This document shows, in pieces, positions 23,530-33,985 of a DNA stretch of 55,092 nucleotides. The number at the start of each line of letters is the position of its first letter. Positions within the stretch are counted from its first letter, which is position 1. Where the stretch lies: assembly GCA_964372275.1 (NCBI GenBank), contig CAYJRR010000009.1, positions 1 through 55,092 on the forward strand, read 5' to 3'. This DNA is from an uncultured bacterium (GTDB taxonomy: Bacteria > CAYJRR01). Below the pieces are notes generated by a model. It was not told the DNA's origin. It made no database searches and saw only the letters and a list, made by a program, of their open reading frames with translations. The translations under genes were made by a program, and so were the position numbers.

Positions 23530-24564
23530 ATGAAGAACCCCCACCTGTCGCTCTTTCTCACCGCGCTCCTCTCGATCGCCGCCCTCGGGTGCAACGACAA
23601 CGAGCTCGAGACGACCCCGATCCCGGAAGGGATGGGATCGATCCGCGGGCGCGTCTGCGGCCCGAACGGCGACATCTGGCTCGCCGAGGCGCACGTCTTC
23701 GTCGTCCGCACCGACGAGTCGGTCAACGAGACCTACACCGACCTCGACGGCCGTTTCCGGCTCACAAACGTCGACGCCGGAACGCAGACGCTCCACATCG
23801 AGAAGGGGTCGTTCACCTCGTCGCAGGAGGTGGAGGTGATCGAAGGACAGGAGACGGAACTCCCCGAGCCGACCTGCCTCGACTCGGCGTCGGCCCACGT
23901 CGCCGTCGTCACCGGCGATTGGGACTCGATCCAGGACATCCTGGCCGACGTCGGGATCACCGACGTGACGCTCTACGACGGGCTCAACGGCACCTCGCCG
24001 ACCGACGCCGACCTGCTGACCAACCTCTCGTTGATGTCGGAGTACGACATCGTCTTCCTCAACTGCGGGATCTACGAGGCGAGCTTCTTCACCAACCAGA
24101 CGGTGATCACCAACCTCCAGACCTACGTCGACGCCGGCGGATCGCTCTACGCCTCCGACTGGGCCTACGACTTCGTCGAGGTGGCGTTCCCGTCGTCGAT
24201 CGACTTCTACGGCGACGACAACGTGCGGAACGCCGGCGCCGTCGGCGAAGACGGTCCGCTCACGGCGACGGTGGTCGACCCCGCGCTCGAGGAGGCGCTC
24301 GGTTCGACGACGGTGAACCTCAACTACGACCTGCCCTCGTGGGTGATCGCCACCTCGGCGGCATCGGGTTCGCGGGTGCTGGTGAAGGGGGACCCCTCGG
24401 CCTTCAGCTGGGAGACGTTCGAGATGGAGCCGGTCCCGGAAGCCCCGCTCGCTGTCCAGTTCGCCGCCGGCGCGGGCTCGGTCATCTACACCACGTTCCA
24501 CAACGAGAGCCAGTCGACGCAGGACATGGATCTGCTCCTGAGCTACATGGTCTTCGAGTTGTAG
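23530..24564 (+). CDS. Lipoprotein with a carboxypeptidase-regulatory-like (CarboxypepD_reg) domain and an acidic alpha/beta domain
   Basis: Lipobox ALG-C plus GSIRGRV, TDLDGRFRLTNV, YDIVFLNCG, GGSLYASDWAY and VIYTTFH. Confidence 0.8.
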   Translation: MKNPHLSLFLTALLSIAALGCNDNELETTPIPEGMGSIRGRVCGPNGDIWLAEAHVFVVRTDESVNETYTDLDGRFRLTNVDAGTQTLHIEKGSFTSSQEVEVIEGQETELPEPTCLDSASAHVAVVTGDWDSIQDILADVGITDVTLYDGLNGTSPTDADLLTNLSLMSEYDIVFLNCGIYEASFFTNQTVITNLQTYVDAGGSLYASDWAYDFVEVAFPSSIDFYGDDNVRNAGAVGEDGPLTATVVDPALEEALGSTTVNLNYDLPSWVIATSAASGSRVLVKGDPSAFSWETFEMEPVPEAPLAVQFAAGAGSVIYTTFHNESQSTQDMDLLLSYMVFEL

Positions 24565-24597
24565 CGCCTGGGCTTTCGTCCGCTATCGTCGCCGGCG

Positions 24598-25623
24598 ATG
24601 ATCGACCTTCGTAGCGATACGGTCACCCGGCCGGTTCCCGCGATGCGACGGGCCATGGCCGAGGCCGAGGTCGGCGATGACGTCTACGCCGAGGACCCGA
24701 CCGTCCGCCGCCTCGAGGAGCGCGCGGCGGCGCTGCTCGGCAAGGAGGCGGCGCTGTTCGTGCCCAGCGGTTCGATGGCGAACCAGGTGGCGATAGGCAG
24801 CCTCACGCGCCCCGGCGACGAGGTGATCGCCGGCGAGGGCTCCCACTGCTTCCTCTACGAAGGGGGCGCCGGGGCGGCGTTGAGCGGCGTCCAGTTCCAG
24901 GCGGTTGGGAAGGGGGGGACGTTCGAACCGGCCGACGTGCGCGCCGCGTTCAAGGAGGACAACCACCACTACGCGCCGACGACGCTGGTCGCCGCCGAGA
25001 ACACCCACAATCGCGGCGGGGGTCGGGTCTGGAGGCTCGAGACGCTGCGCGACGTGGTCGCCACCGCGCGTTCGCTGGGGATGAAGGCGCACCTCGACGG
25101 CGCGCGGATCTTCAACGCGCAGGTGAAGACCGGCATCCCCGCCGCCGACTGGGCGTCGGGGTTCGACACGGCGACCTTCTGCCTGTCGAAGGGGCTGGGC
25201 TGCCCGGTCGGCTCGGTGATCGCGTCGACGCGGGAGACGATCCACCGCGCCCACCGCCTGCGGAAGATGTTCGGCGGAGCGATGCGCCAAGCCGGGATCC
25301 TCGCCGCCGCCGGTCTCTACGCCCTCGACCACCACGTCGCCCGCCTGGCGGAGGACCACGCACACGCGGCGCGGCTCGCCGAGCGGCTGGGCGATCTTCC
25401 CGGGATCGACCTCGATCCGGCGTCGGTCGAGACCAACATCGTGATCTTCTCCCTGAAGGAGGGGGCCCCGGACGCGGCGACGCTCGTCGCGCGCGCGCGC
25501 GAGGCCGGCGTCCTGGTGAACGCCGTCGCCGTGCGGAAGGTCCGCGCCGTCACCCACCTCGACGTCGACCGCCGGGCCGTCGATCAGGCCGCGACGCTCC
25601 TCGCGGCGGCGCTTCGGGTGTGA
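24598..25623 (+). CDS. ltaE: Low-specificity L-threonine aldolase
   Basis: [28 protein letters not shown] and CLSKGLG motifs. Confidence 0.95.
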   Translation: MIDLRSDTVTRPVPAMRRAMAEAEVGDDVYAEDPTVRRLEERAAALLGKEAALFVPSGSMANQVAIGSLTRPGDEVIAGEGSHCFLYEGGAGAALSGVQFQAVGKGGTFEPADVRAAFKEDNHHYAPTTLVAAENTHNRGGGRVWRLETLRDVVATARSLGMKAHLDGARIFNAQVKTGIPAADWASGFDTATFCLSKGLGCPVGSVIASTRETIHRAHRLRKMFGGAMRQAGILAAAGLYALDHHVARLAEDHAHAARLAERLGDLPGIDLDPASVETNIVIFSLKEGAPDAATLVARAREAGVLVNAVAVRKVRAVTHLDVDRRAVDQAATLLAAALRV

Positions 25624-26381
25624 AGCGCCACGCCGCCGCCGCCCTCCTCGCGGCCCTGCTCGGGCCCGCGGCCGGCCTCGAGTCGAGCGCCTTCGCCCAG
25701 TTCGGCGAGACCCCGGCCGAGATCGCGGCCCGCGCCGGCCGCGTCGGGGTCCACGTCGAGCGGCGCGGCGACGTGATCGTCGTCGACGAGGTCGATGCCG
25801 GGACGGCGGCGGAGAGGGCGGGTCTCAAGGTCGGGGACCAGGTGTTGCGGATCGACCTGGCGGCGACCGACCGGTTCTCCGCGTCCGACGCGATGGCCGC
25901 GCTGCGCGGACTCTACGGAAGCCGCGCCCTGCTGACGGTGCTCCCGCGCGCGCAGATGCTCCCCCGTACGGTCGAGGTGGAGCGGGACGTGCGCGTCTAC
26001 CTCGACTCGCAGGGGCCGTCGAAGGGGGCCGCGGAGTCGGTCGCGGCCGCCACGCCGACCCCCGGCGCCCCGTCCGTTCGGGTTCGCCTGGAGTCGGTCG
26101 ACGTTCCGCCGGAGGCCGATCGCGAAGCGTTCCGCGCCGCGATCGACCGCGGGGCGGCCGACGTCTCCGCGTGTCTCTCGGCGGTGGCGGAGCTGTTGCC
26201 GTCCGACCTGGCGGGCTTCTCCGCGACCCTGTCGATCGCGCCGGACGAGATCCGCGTCCGCACCCAGCCACCGAGCGCCGACCTCGCCTCCTGCCTGGGG
26301 CGAAAGGCGGCGGGATGGTCGATTCCGCGGCGCGTGCCGCTCGCCGTCGGCGCGGCCTGGTCGATCAGCCGCTCGCCGTGA
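25620..26381 (+). CDS. Secreted PDZ-domain protein with a C-terminal AgmX/PglI-like domain
   Basis: Signal peptide, PDZ motif [19 protein letters not shown], and C-terminal V.AC...LASCL...GWSIP. Confidence 0.7.
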   Translation: MKRHAAAALLAALLGPAAGLESSAFAQFGETPAEIAARAGRVGVHVERRGDVIVVDEVDAGTAAERAGLKVGDQVLRIDLAATDRFSASDAMAALRGLYGSRALLTVLPRAQMLPRTVEVERDVRVYLDSQGPSKGAAESVAAATPTPGAPSVRVRLESVDVPPEADREAFRAAIDRGAADVSACLSAVAELLPSDLAGFSATLSIAPDEIRVRTQPPSADLASCLGRKAAGWSIPRRVPLAVGAAWSISRSP

Positions 26382-26796
26382 GCAGGCCGGTCACCACCAG
26401 CACCGCGATCCCGATCCACAGCGACAGGTCGACGAGGTCCCTCTCCGAGGACGCGGCGCGGGGCCGGCGCATCGTCAACAGGATGGCGACCAACCCGAGG
26501 AAGAGCGCGTGTTTGGCCGCCAGGAGCTTCGACCATGCGTTCGGCCACCGGCCGAATCCCTCGAACCGGTCGTCGGTGACCATCATCATCAGACCCGACG
26601 CGGCGAGCACCACGGCGGCGACCGCGGCCAGGCGGACCAGGCGCCGGTGGACGGCGGCGAGCAACCGCGCGCGCTCGGCGTCGTCGGGGATCGACCGCGT
26701 CAGCGCCGGCCGCACGCCGAGCACGACGATCCCGAGCCCTCCGATCCACAGGACGGCCGCCAGCAGGTGGACGGCGTTTCCGAGCCCTTCGAACAA
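26365..26796 (-). CDS. CopD/DUF4149-like membrane protein
   Basis: VHLLAAVLWIGG and LLAAKH motifs, about 4 transmembrane helices. TTG start follows GGAG. Confidence 0.7.
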   Translation of the reverse strand: MFEGLGNAVHLLAAVLWIGGLGIVVLGVRPALTRSIPDDAERARLLAAVHRRLVRLAAVAAVVLAASGLMMMVTDDRFEGFGRWPNAWSKLLAAKHALFLGLVAILLTMRRPRAASSERDLVDLSLWIGIAVLVVTGLLTASG

Positions 26797-26816
26797 GCTC
26801 TCCGGATTATCCGCTC

Positions 26817-27065
26817 CTAGCGCTTCCCGCCATCGCACTTTTCGCGCAGGAAGGCACGCAGGCGCGCCTGGACCTCCGACGGCACCGGGACGTCGCAGGC
26901 CTTCCGGGAGACCGCGATCGTCGCGCGGTAGGTCTGGAGGAAGTCGACGCACGGCGGGCAGTCGGCGATGTGGGCTTCGAAGGCGGCGCGCAGCGAGGCC
27001 TCCATCGACCCGTCGACGTATTCGGCCAGCAGCTCGACCGCCGACTCGCACGTCACGTTTTTCAT
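26817..27065 (-). CDS. Zinc-finger (zf-HC2/ZAS) anti-sigma factor
   Basis: C...LAEYVDG...HIADCPPC motif. ATGA-coupled to the sigma gene. Soluble, 82 aa. Confidence 0.88.
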   Translation of the reverse strand: MKNVTCESAVELLAEYVDGSMEASLRAAFEAHIADCPPCVDFLQTYRATIAVSRKACDVPVPSEVQARLRAFLREKCDGGKR

Positions 27066-27730
27066 CGGTAGGGCCTCGTCTCCACGCCTTCCTCTTCCAG
27101 GTGCCGTTGCAGCCGCTCCCGCAGGAACAGCCGCGCCCGGTGGAGCCGGCTCTTCACCGCCGGCACCGTCATGTTCACGATCTCGCCGATCTCCTCGTTC
27201 GACAACCCCTGCACGTCCTTGAGCAGGAAGATCAGCTTGAACCGGTCGGGGAGCTCCGCGATCGCCTGGTCGATCCGCGCCTTGAGCTCGCCGCGCTCCA
27301 TGCGCTCGTCCGCCGCCTGCGACCAGTCGCCTCGCGGAAAGCTCGCGATCACCTCGGGCAGCTCGTCGGCCGCGGGATCGGCCGCCGCCTCGCGGTACTC
27401 GACGGTCGACCGTTTCCGCCGGTCCCGGAGCTTCATGAAGGCCGCGTTGGCGGTGATGCGGTAGATCCACGACGACAGGAGCGACTCCCCCCGGAACTGG
27501 TCGAGCTTCTGGTAGAGCGTGAGGAAGACCTCCTGGGCCACCTCTTCGGCGTCGTCCGGATTTCCGGTCAGCTTGAGACCCAACGCGTACACCTTGCCTT
27601 CGTAGCGGTCGACCAGCTCCTCGAACGCGGAGAAGTCGCGCTGCCGGATCCGGTCGAGGAGATCCTGGTCCCGCTCCTTTGGAGCCACGGGTGGCGAAGA
27701 CGATTCGTCGGCCAAGGTGCCGGGGAGCAT
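27062..27730 (-). CDS. ECF RNA polymerase sigma factor
   Basis: DAEEVAQEVF, SWIYRITAN and TVPAVKSRLHRAR motifs. Confidence 0.93.
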   Translation of the reverse strand: MLPGTLADESSSPPVAPKERDQDLLDRIRQRDFSAFEELVDRYEGKVYALGLKLTGNPDDAEEVAQEVFLTLYQKLDQFRGESLLSSWIYRITANAAFMKLRDRRKRSTVEYREAAADPAADELPEVIASFPRGDWSQAADERMERGELKARIDQAIAELPDRFKLIFLLKDVQGLSNEEIGEIVNMTVPAVKSRLHRARLFLRERLQRHLEEEGVETRPYR

Positions 27731-27799
27731 AGGCGCGTGCTACGGTGGTGGGAAGCTGCTATGGTTTGCGCGCCTTTCACTTAGGGACGTGAAGCGACC

Positions 27800-28261
27800 G
27801 TGAACACCGCCAAGCTGAAGCTGGTCGTCGGCGGCGTGCTGATTGCGACCGGGCTGGGAACGCTCGGTTTCTTCAGCGTCCAGGAGACGGCGCAGTACGC
27901 CGTCGACGTCCGGGAATACCTCGCGCGGCCGCAGGCGTTCGGGGGCCGGGGGCTGCGCCTGTCCGGCATCTCCGCCAAGGACACCTGGCAGGTCGAGCGC
28001 AACCTGCATCGTTTCGACGTCGCCGAGCGGACCGACCTCTCGCAGGCGATCCCGGTGCGTTTCGAGGGGACGATGCCCGACACCTTCCGGGAAGGGGCGG
28101 AGGTGATCGTCGAAGGGAAGATGGGAGCCGACGGCACCTTCGTCGCGACCCAGGTGATCCCGCAGTGCGCGTCCAAGTACGAAGGAGTACCCGACGGCTT
28201 CGCTCCGCCGGACGCGACGGGCTATCCCGCCGCCGCCCGCCCCGCCGAGGGGCCGCCGTGA
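27800..28261 (+). CDS. ccmE: Heme chaperone CcmE, cysteine (CxxxY) type
   Basis: N-terminal transmembrane helix, MPDTFREG, VIVEG and CASKY. Confidence 0.88.
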   Translation: MNTAKLKLVVGGVLIATGLGTLGFFSVQETAQYAVDVREYLARPQAFGGRGLRLSGISAKDTWQVERNLHRFDVAERTDLSQAIPVRFEGTMPDTFREGAEVIVEGKMGADGTFVATQVIPQCASKYEGVPDGFAPPDATGYPAAARPAEGPP

Positions 28262-30603
28262 GCTTCCCGTTCCTCGGCGCCGCGTCGGTGAAGCTCGCCC
28301 TGTTCCTCGCCGCGTACGGGCTCACCGCCTCGATCTGGGGGGCGCGCGTACGGCGCGAGGACCTGATGGCGAGCGGACGGCGCGCCGCGGTGGCGGTGTG
28401 GGGGCTGCTCCTCGTCGCCGTACTTTGCCTCGAGCGCTCGCTGATCGCCCGCGACTACTCGCTGGAGTACGTCGCGGAGGAGATCGACAACGCCATGCCG
28501 CTCCACTACCGCATGGCGGCGCTGTGGGGCGGGATGAACGGGTCGCTCCTGTGGTGGTCGCTGATCTGCGCCACCTTCACCGTCGCCTGCCTGCGCATCA
28601 ACCGCGACCGGTTCCGGGAGCTGATGCCCTGGGTGACGGCGGTCTGCTGCTACGTCCTCCTCTTCCTGACGGTGCTGGTCGGCTTCTTCTGCGATCCGTT
28701 CCTTCCGCTCGCGCAGTCCGATCCGTCCAAGGGGCTGATCGAGCTGGTGCAGCAGACCGGCGACGGAAAGGGCCTCAATCCGCTGCTCCAGACCTACTGG
28801 ATGATGATCCACCCGCCGTCGCTCTACGTCGGGTACATCGGATTCACGATCCCCTTCGCCTTCTGCATTGCCGCCCTGGTCACGCGCCGCATCGACGGGG
28901 AGTTCCTGCGCGCGACGCGGCGCTGGACCCTGTTCGCCTGGGCGGTCCTCGGATTCGGGGTGCTGCTCGGCTCCAAATGGGCCTACGAGGAGCTGGGCTG
29001 GGGGGGCTACTGGGGGTGGGACCCGGTCGAGAACGCCTCCTTCATGCCGTGGCTTGTGGCAACCGCCTACCTCCACTCGGTGATGATCCAGGAGAAGCGC
29101 GGGATGCTCAAAGGGTGGAACGTCTTCCTCATCCTGCTGACGTTCCTGCTCACCTACTTCGGCACCTTCCTCACCCGCTCCGGCGTCGTGCAGTCGGTCC
29201 ATGCCTTCGGCAGCGGCCCGGTCGGATGGCTGCTCGGCGGGTTCATCGGCAGCCTCGCCGCGCTGTGCGCCTATCTCGTCTGGACGCGGCGGCGCGTGCT
29301 GGCCGCGGAGAACGAGATCGAGGCGGTGATGAGCCGCGAGGCGACCTTCCTCTACAACAACGTCGGCCTGCTCGGCTTCATGCTGATGGTGATGGTGGGG
29401 ACGATGTTCCCGGTCCTCTCCGAGGCGGTGAAGGGGAACAAGGTGGTGGTCGGGCCGCCCTTCTTCAACCCCCTTGCGGGTCTTCTCACCTTCGGCCTCC
29501 TGGTGCTGATGGGGATCGGGCAGCTTGTCGCTTGGCGCAAGACCTCCGCCTCCGCGCTGAAGAGGAACTTCACCGTGCCTCTGTGGGCGACCGGGATCCT
29601 GGCCCTAGCGCTCGCGGCGCTCCTACCCAAGACGAAGAGCTTCGCCGGGATCCCCTGGCCCGACCCCTGGGCGGTCGCGCTCTGGACGGCGTGCGGGTTC
29701 GTCACCTTCGGGATCGTGTGGGAATACCGGCGCGGCGTGCAGGCGATCCTCGGCTCACACCGGGGCGACCTCGACGCGGCGTGGAACGACGGCCGGCGAG
29801 CGCCGCCCGAGCTGCTGGTTGCGATCGGCGTGGTCGTCTCGCTGCTCGGTTGGGCGGCGGCCGGGGTGCTCGTCGCCACCGCCGCCGCCTGGATCCGGCT
29901 GGCGCTGGGGGCGGCTCTCGGAATCGCCGCGATGGTCGCCGCCGCGCTCGCCGCCAACGGGCGCGCCGTCGCCGACCTTCAGAACGCGATCGTCGTCCTG
30001 TTCGTCCGCAACCGCCGGCGCTACGGCGGCTACGTGGTGCATCTCGGTCTCGTCCTGGTGGTGGCGGGGATCGTCGGCAGCTCGCTGTTCAAGCTGGATC
30101 GCACGGTGACGCTGAAGGAAGGGGAGCGGGCGACGATCGGCGCCTACGACGTCACCTTCACCGGCCTCGACCTGAAACGCGAGCGCGGCTACTGGAGCGT
30201 GACCGCCTTCCTCCGGCTCGACCGCGCGGGGAAGAAGGTCGGCATGGCCTATCCCCAGAAGCGCCACTACGACAAGGGCGAGCAGCCGACGACCGAGGTG
30301 GCGATCCACGAGAACGCCTTGCGCGACTACTACACCATCCTCGAGAGCTTCGCCGACGAACGGCTCGGCAACCGAGGCGAGTCGCGGTCGGCGACGGTAC
30401 GGGTGCTGGTCGCGCCGATGGTGACCTGGTTGTGGGCCGGTGGACTGGTGATGCTCGCCGGGACGTTGCTCTCCGCCTGGCCCGCCCGGCGCCGCGCGGA
30501 GGCCGCCGTTCCGGAGGCCGCCAAGTCTGCGACTGCGCCGGAGGCCATCATTCCGAACGCGACGACCGCTCGGGTAGGGACGACCGCTCGGGTGGGCAGG
30601 TAG
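28258..30603 (+). CDS. ccmF: Cytochrome c heme lyase CcmF
   Basis: GLNPLLQ, IHPP, WAYEELGWGGYWGWDPVENAS and TRSG..SVHAF motifs. Confidence 0.95.
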   Translation: MSFPFLGAASVKLALFLAAYGLTASIWGARVRREDLMASGRRAAVAVWGLLLVAVLCLERSLIARDYSLEYVAEEIDNAMPLHYRMAALWGGMNGSLLWWSLICATFTVACLRINRDRFRELMPWVTAVCCYVLLFLTVLVGFFCDPFLPLAQSDPSKGLIELVQQTGDGKGLNPLLQTYWMMIHPPSLYVGYIGFTIPFAFCIAALVTRRIDGEFLRATRRWTLFAWAVLGFGVLLGSKWAYEELGWGGYWGWDPVENASFMPWLVATAYLHSVMIQEKRGMLKGWNVFLILLTFLLTYFGTFLTRSGVVQSVHAFGSGPVGWLLGGFIGSLAALCAYLVWTRRRVLAAENEIEAVMSREATFLYNNVGLLGFMLMVMVGTMFPVLSEAVKGNKVVVGPPFFNPLAGLLTFGLLVLMGIGQLVAWRKTSASALKRNFTVPLWATGILALALAALLPKTKSFAGIPWPDPWAVALWTACGFVTFGIVWEYRRGVQAILGSHRGDLDAAWNDGRRAPPELLVAIGVVVSLLGWAAAGVLVATAAAWIRLALGAALGIAAMVAAALAANGRAVADLQNAIVVLFVRNRRRYGGYVVHLGLVLVVAGIVGSSLFKLDRTVTLKEGERATIGAYDVTFTGLDLKRERGYWSVTAFLRLDRAGKKVGMAYPQKRHYDKGEQPTTEVAIHENALRDYYTILESFADERLGNRGESRSATVRVLVAPMVTWLWAGGLVMLAGTLLSAWPARRRAEAAVPEAAKSATAPEAIIPNATTARVGTTARVGR
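30561..30596 (+). repeat. 18-bp tandem duplication at the end of ccmF
   Basis: GACGACCGCTCGGGTAGG followed by GACGACCGCTCGGGTGGG (encodes TTARVG twice). Confidence 0.8.
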
Positions 30604-30622
30604 CGTGCGGACGTACGACCCC

Positions 30623-30773
<151 letters not shown>

Positions 30774-30779
30774 CGTTGT

Positions 30780-31313
30780 TTGCGCCTGGCGGTGACATCG
30801 GCCGTCCTCGCCGTCGCCGCCGTCCTACCCGCGCCCGCCGCCGCGCAGGACCATCCCTCCTACGGCGGCGCGATGCCCGACACCGGCGGCGTCGATCCGC
30901 GCACCGATCCGCGCGTCCTGGAGGTCACCCGCGGTTTGGCCTGCAACTGCGGCACCTGTCCCCACGAGCCGGTCAACACCTGTACCTGCGGTACCGCGGC
31001 GCGCCTGCGGGCCGAGGTCGCCGCCTTCGTTTCGCAGGGGAAGGTGCGGGAGCAGATCGTCGCCGCGATGGTCGACCGGTACACCGAGGCGATCCTTCCG
31101 CGTCCGCCGTTCGCCGGATTCAACCTGCTCGCCTACCTCGGGCCGTTCGCGGCGATCGCCGTCGCCGTTTTCGCGCTCCAGCGCTCGATCGTTCGGTGGC
31201 GGGACCGCGCGACCGCAACGGCCGGGTCGACGCCGCCGCCGGCGACGGCCGCCGCGCCGGACCCGTACCTGGAGGCGGTCGAGGCCGAGCTCGCCCGCAA
31301 GGGGGACGCGTGA
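30780..31313 (+). CDS. ccmH: Cytochrome c biogenesis protein CcmH (Cys-rich type)
   Basis: Signal peptide, LACNCGTC...CTCG, MVDRYTEAIL..P and a C-terminal transmembrane helix. Start is ambiguous: ATG 30636, TTG 30780 and GTG 30792 are all in frame. Confidence 0.8.
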   Translation: MRLAVTSAVLAVAAVLPAPAAAQDHPSYGGAMPDTGGVDPRTDPRVLEVTRGLACNCGTCPHEPVNTCTCGTAARLRAEVAAFVSQGKVREQIVAAMVDRYTEAILPRPPFAGFNLLAYLGPFAAIAVAVFALQRSIVRWRDRATATAGSTPPPATAAAPDPYLEAVEAELARKGDA

Positions 31314-31347
31314 GAACCGTGCCGGCGGAACGCCGGGGGGAGGGCTG

Positions 31348-31839
31348 ATGGAGCCGATCTCCGCGCTCCTGTTCTTCGCGCTCTTCGTCGTCGCGTTCGG
31401 CTACGTCGCGTGGCCCCTTCTGCGGCCGCGAATGGCCGGGGAGGGGGCGAGTGCCCGGGAGCTGCGCCGCACCCAGCTGGCCGAGGAGAAGGATCGACTG
31501 CTCGGCGCCGTGCGCGATCTCGAGCACGACCGCGAGACCGGGAAGATCGACGACGCCGATTTCCAGGCTCTGGCGTCGCGCCTGAAGCTCGAAGCGGCCA
31601 AGGTGCTGCGGGACCTCGACGTCAACGAAGGCCGCCGCCTGCGCCGGACGGAGCGCCCGTCGGAGGCGTCGGCGGGTTCGGCCGCGGCGGCGTTCGGGTC
31701 GTCGGGGGGCGGCACGACGGCGCCGGAGGCGCCCGCCGGGTCGGAGCACCGGTTCTGCACGCGGTGCGGGCGCCGCGTGGCGATCGACGACCGCTTCTGC
31801 GGCGGATGCGGCGTCCCACTTTCTGGCCGCGCGACGTGA
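31348..31839 (+). CDS. CcmI-like N-terminal domain protein with a C-terminal zinc ribbon
   Basis: Transmembrane helix + WPLL, RDLEHDRETGKIDDADF and FCTRCG...FCGGCG. Confidence 0.75.
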   Translation: MEPISALLFFALFVVAFGYVAWPLLRPRMAGEGASARELRRTQLAEEKDRLLGAVRDLEHDRETGKIDDADFQALASRLKLEAAKVLRDLDVNEGRRLRRTERPSEASAGSAAAAFGSSGGGTTAPEAPAGSEHRFCTRCGRRVAIDDRFCGGCGVPLSGRAT

Positions 31840-32588
31840 TCGACGGCAATCCTCGTGTGGTCGAAGCCGAGGGGATCCGGAAATCGTTCGGACCGTTCGA
31901 GGCGCTCCGCGGCGTCGACCTCGCCATCTCGGCCGGCGAGCGGTGCGCCCTCTTCGGTCCGAACGGCGCGGGGAAGACGACGCTCCTGAAGATCCTCTCC
32001 GGCCTCGCCCGCCCGACGGCCGGCGGGGCGCGCGTCCTCGGTCGCGATCCTCGCGACCCGTCGGTCCGTGCACGCGTCGGCTATCTGGGGCACGGTGGGT
32101 GGCTGCACGACGCGCTCAGCGCCGAAGAGAACCTCGCCTTTTATGGCGCGCTCTATGGAACGGGCGACCTTCCGGCGCGGATCGGCCGCGTGTTGGCGGA
32201 GGTCGGTCTGGAGGCGCGCCGCCACGACCGCGTCTCGACCTATTCGCGAGGACTTCGCCAGCGGCTGGCGATCGCCCGCGCCCTGCTTCACGAACCGACG
32301 CTGCTGTTCCTGGACGAGCCGTTCACCGGCCTCGACCGCGCCGCGGCGCTCGCGCTCGCGGAGTTCCTCCGTCGCATCGCCACCGAGGGGGGGCGAACCG
32401 TGCTCGCCGTGACGCACGAGCTCGACGTCGGGCTCGACCTGGCGTCCCGCGTGCTGGTCCTGGCCGGTGGGCGCCTGGTCCTGGACCGGCCGTCGGCGGG
32501 TCTCCGCCGCGACGAGCTCGAGTCGGTCTACCTCGACGCGGTGGCCGGCGAGAGCCGAGCCGCTTCGCGGACGGGGAGGGCGGTGTGA
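31836..32588 (+). CDS. ccmA: Heme exporter ATP-binding protein CcmA
   Basis: GPNGAGKTT, YSRGLRQR and LDEPFTGLD motifs, plus operon context. Confidence 0.9.
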   Translation: MIDGNPRVVEAEGIRKSFGPFEALRGVDLAISAGERCALFGPNGAGKTTLLKILSGLARPTAGGARVLGRDPRDPSVRARVGYLGHGGWLHDALSAEENLAFYGALYGTGDLPARIGRVLAEVGLEARRHDRVSTYSRGLRQRLAIARALLHEPTLLFLDEPFTGLDRAAALALAEFLRRIATEGGRTVLAVTHELDVGLDLASRVLVLAGGRLVLDRPSAGLRRDELESVYLDAVAGESRAASRTGRAV

Positions 32589-33289
32589 GCCGCCGGCCCG
32601 CCGCGGCACCCGCGTTCACGCGCCAGCTCGGCGCGCTGGTGGCGCGCGATCTCCGCGCCGAGCTCCGCACGCGCGAAGTGCTGGCGACGACCGTCGTCTT
32701 CCCGCTGCTCGTCCTCCTGGTCTTCCGCTTCGCGTTCGAGGTGGGCGACGCCGTGGGACTCCGGGCCGCCGCCCCCGGCGTGATTTGGGCGTCCGCGCTG
32801 TTCGCCTCGATCCTCTCGCTCACGCGGTCGTTCGCCACCGAACGGGAGGACGACCGCCTCCACGGACTCCTGTTGGCGCCGGTCGACCGCGGGACGATCT
32901 ACCTGGCCAAGCTCTTCGCCAATCTGCTCTTCCTGCTGCTGGTGCAGGCGGTGACGCTGGCGGCCTTCGCGCTGTTCTTCAACGTGAGCCTCCTCCCCGG
33001 ACTTCGCACGCTGCTGCCGGTGGTGCTCCTCGGAAGCGTCGGAATCTCGGCGGTCGGGACGCTGTTCGCCGCGATGTCGGTCAACACCCGTGCCCGCGAG
33101 GCCCTCCTGCCGCTCCTGCTCTTCCCGGCGTTGACCCCGGTGCTGCTGGCCGTGCTCGAATACACGCGTCGCTCGTTGGGTGCGGCGCCCGATGGCGGCG
33201 GCGCCCGGTGGATGGCGACGTTGATCGCATACGATCTCGTCTTCGTCACCGCCGGCTGGCTCCTGTTCGAGCACGTGGTGGAGGAGTAG
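32585..33289 (+). CDS. ccmB: Heme exporter protein CcmB
   Basis: RDLRAELRTRE, SFATEREDD.L.GLLL and REALLPLLLFP motifs. Confidence 0.92.
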   Translation: MSRRPAAAPAFTRQLGALVARDLRAELRTREVLATTVVFPLLVLLVFRFAFEVGDAVGLRAAAPGVIWASALFASILSLTRSFATEREDDRLHGLLLAPVDRGTIYLAKLFANLLFLLLVQAVTLAAFALFFNVSLLPGLRTLLPVVLLGSVGISAVGTLFAAMSVNTRAREALLPLLLFPALTPVLLAVLEYTRRSLGAAPDGGGARWMATLIAYDLVFVTAGWLLFEHVVEE

Positions 33290-33304
33290 GACCCTCGTCG
33301 ACCG

Positions 33305-33985
33305 ATGCGCGGATCTTCCCGACTCCTGCTCGTCCCGCTCGCCCTGGCAGGCATGGGCCTGGCGGTGGCCACGTCGTGGCTGGCGCCGGTCGAGCGGACG
33401 GAGGGGATCGTCCAGAAGATCATGTACGTCCACGTCCCCTCGGTCTGGACGGCGTATCTCGCGTTCCTGGTGGGGGTGGTGGCATCGGTCGGATTCCTGG
33501 TGAACAAGCGGCGGTCGTGGGACCGCGTCGCGCTCGCGTCGATCGAGGTCGGCGTCCTGTTCTGCACGCTGGTGCTGATCACGGGACCGCTGTGGGCGCG
33601 GCCGGTGTGGGGCGTCTGGTGGCAATGGGACGCCCGGCTCACCAGCACGCTGGTCCTCTGGTTCCTCTATGTCGGCTGCCTGGTGGTTCGCGTCCTGGCC
33701 GCCGATCCGGCGCAGGCGGCGCGTTGGTCGGCGGTCGTCGCCATCGTCGCCTTCCTCGACGTGCCGATCGTCCATGGGTCGGTGACGTGGTGGCGAACGC
33801 TGCACCCGCTTCCGAAAGCGCTCACCCCCGAACGCCTCAACGCCGGCCTTGGCCCCGGGATGGGCCGCGCGCTGTGGGTCGGGCTCCTCGGATTCACCTG
33901 CCTCTACCTCCTCCTGTTCGCCCTTCGGCTGTCGGTCGAGCGCCTGACCGACGCGGTCGATTCGGTCGAGGAACCCCGTCGATGA
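33305..33985 (+). CDS. ccmC: Heme exporter protein CcmC
   Basis: IMYVHVP, TGPLWARPVWGVWWQWDARLT and WWRTLHP motifs. Confidence 0.95.
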   Translation: MRGSSRLLLVPLALAGMGLAVATSWLAPVERTEGIVQKIMYVHVPSVWTAYLAFLVGVVASVGFLVNKRRSWDRVALASIEVGVLFCTLVLITGPLWARPVWGVWWQWDARLTSTLVLWFLYVGCLVVRVLAADPAQAARWSAVVAIVAFLDVPIVHGSVTWWRTLHPLPKALTPERLNAGLGPGMGRALWVGLLGFTCLYLLLFALRLSVERLTDAVDSVEEPRR

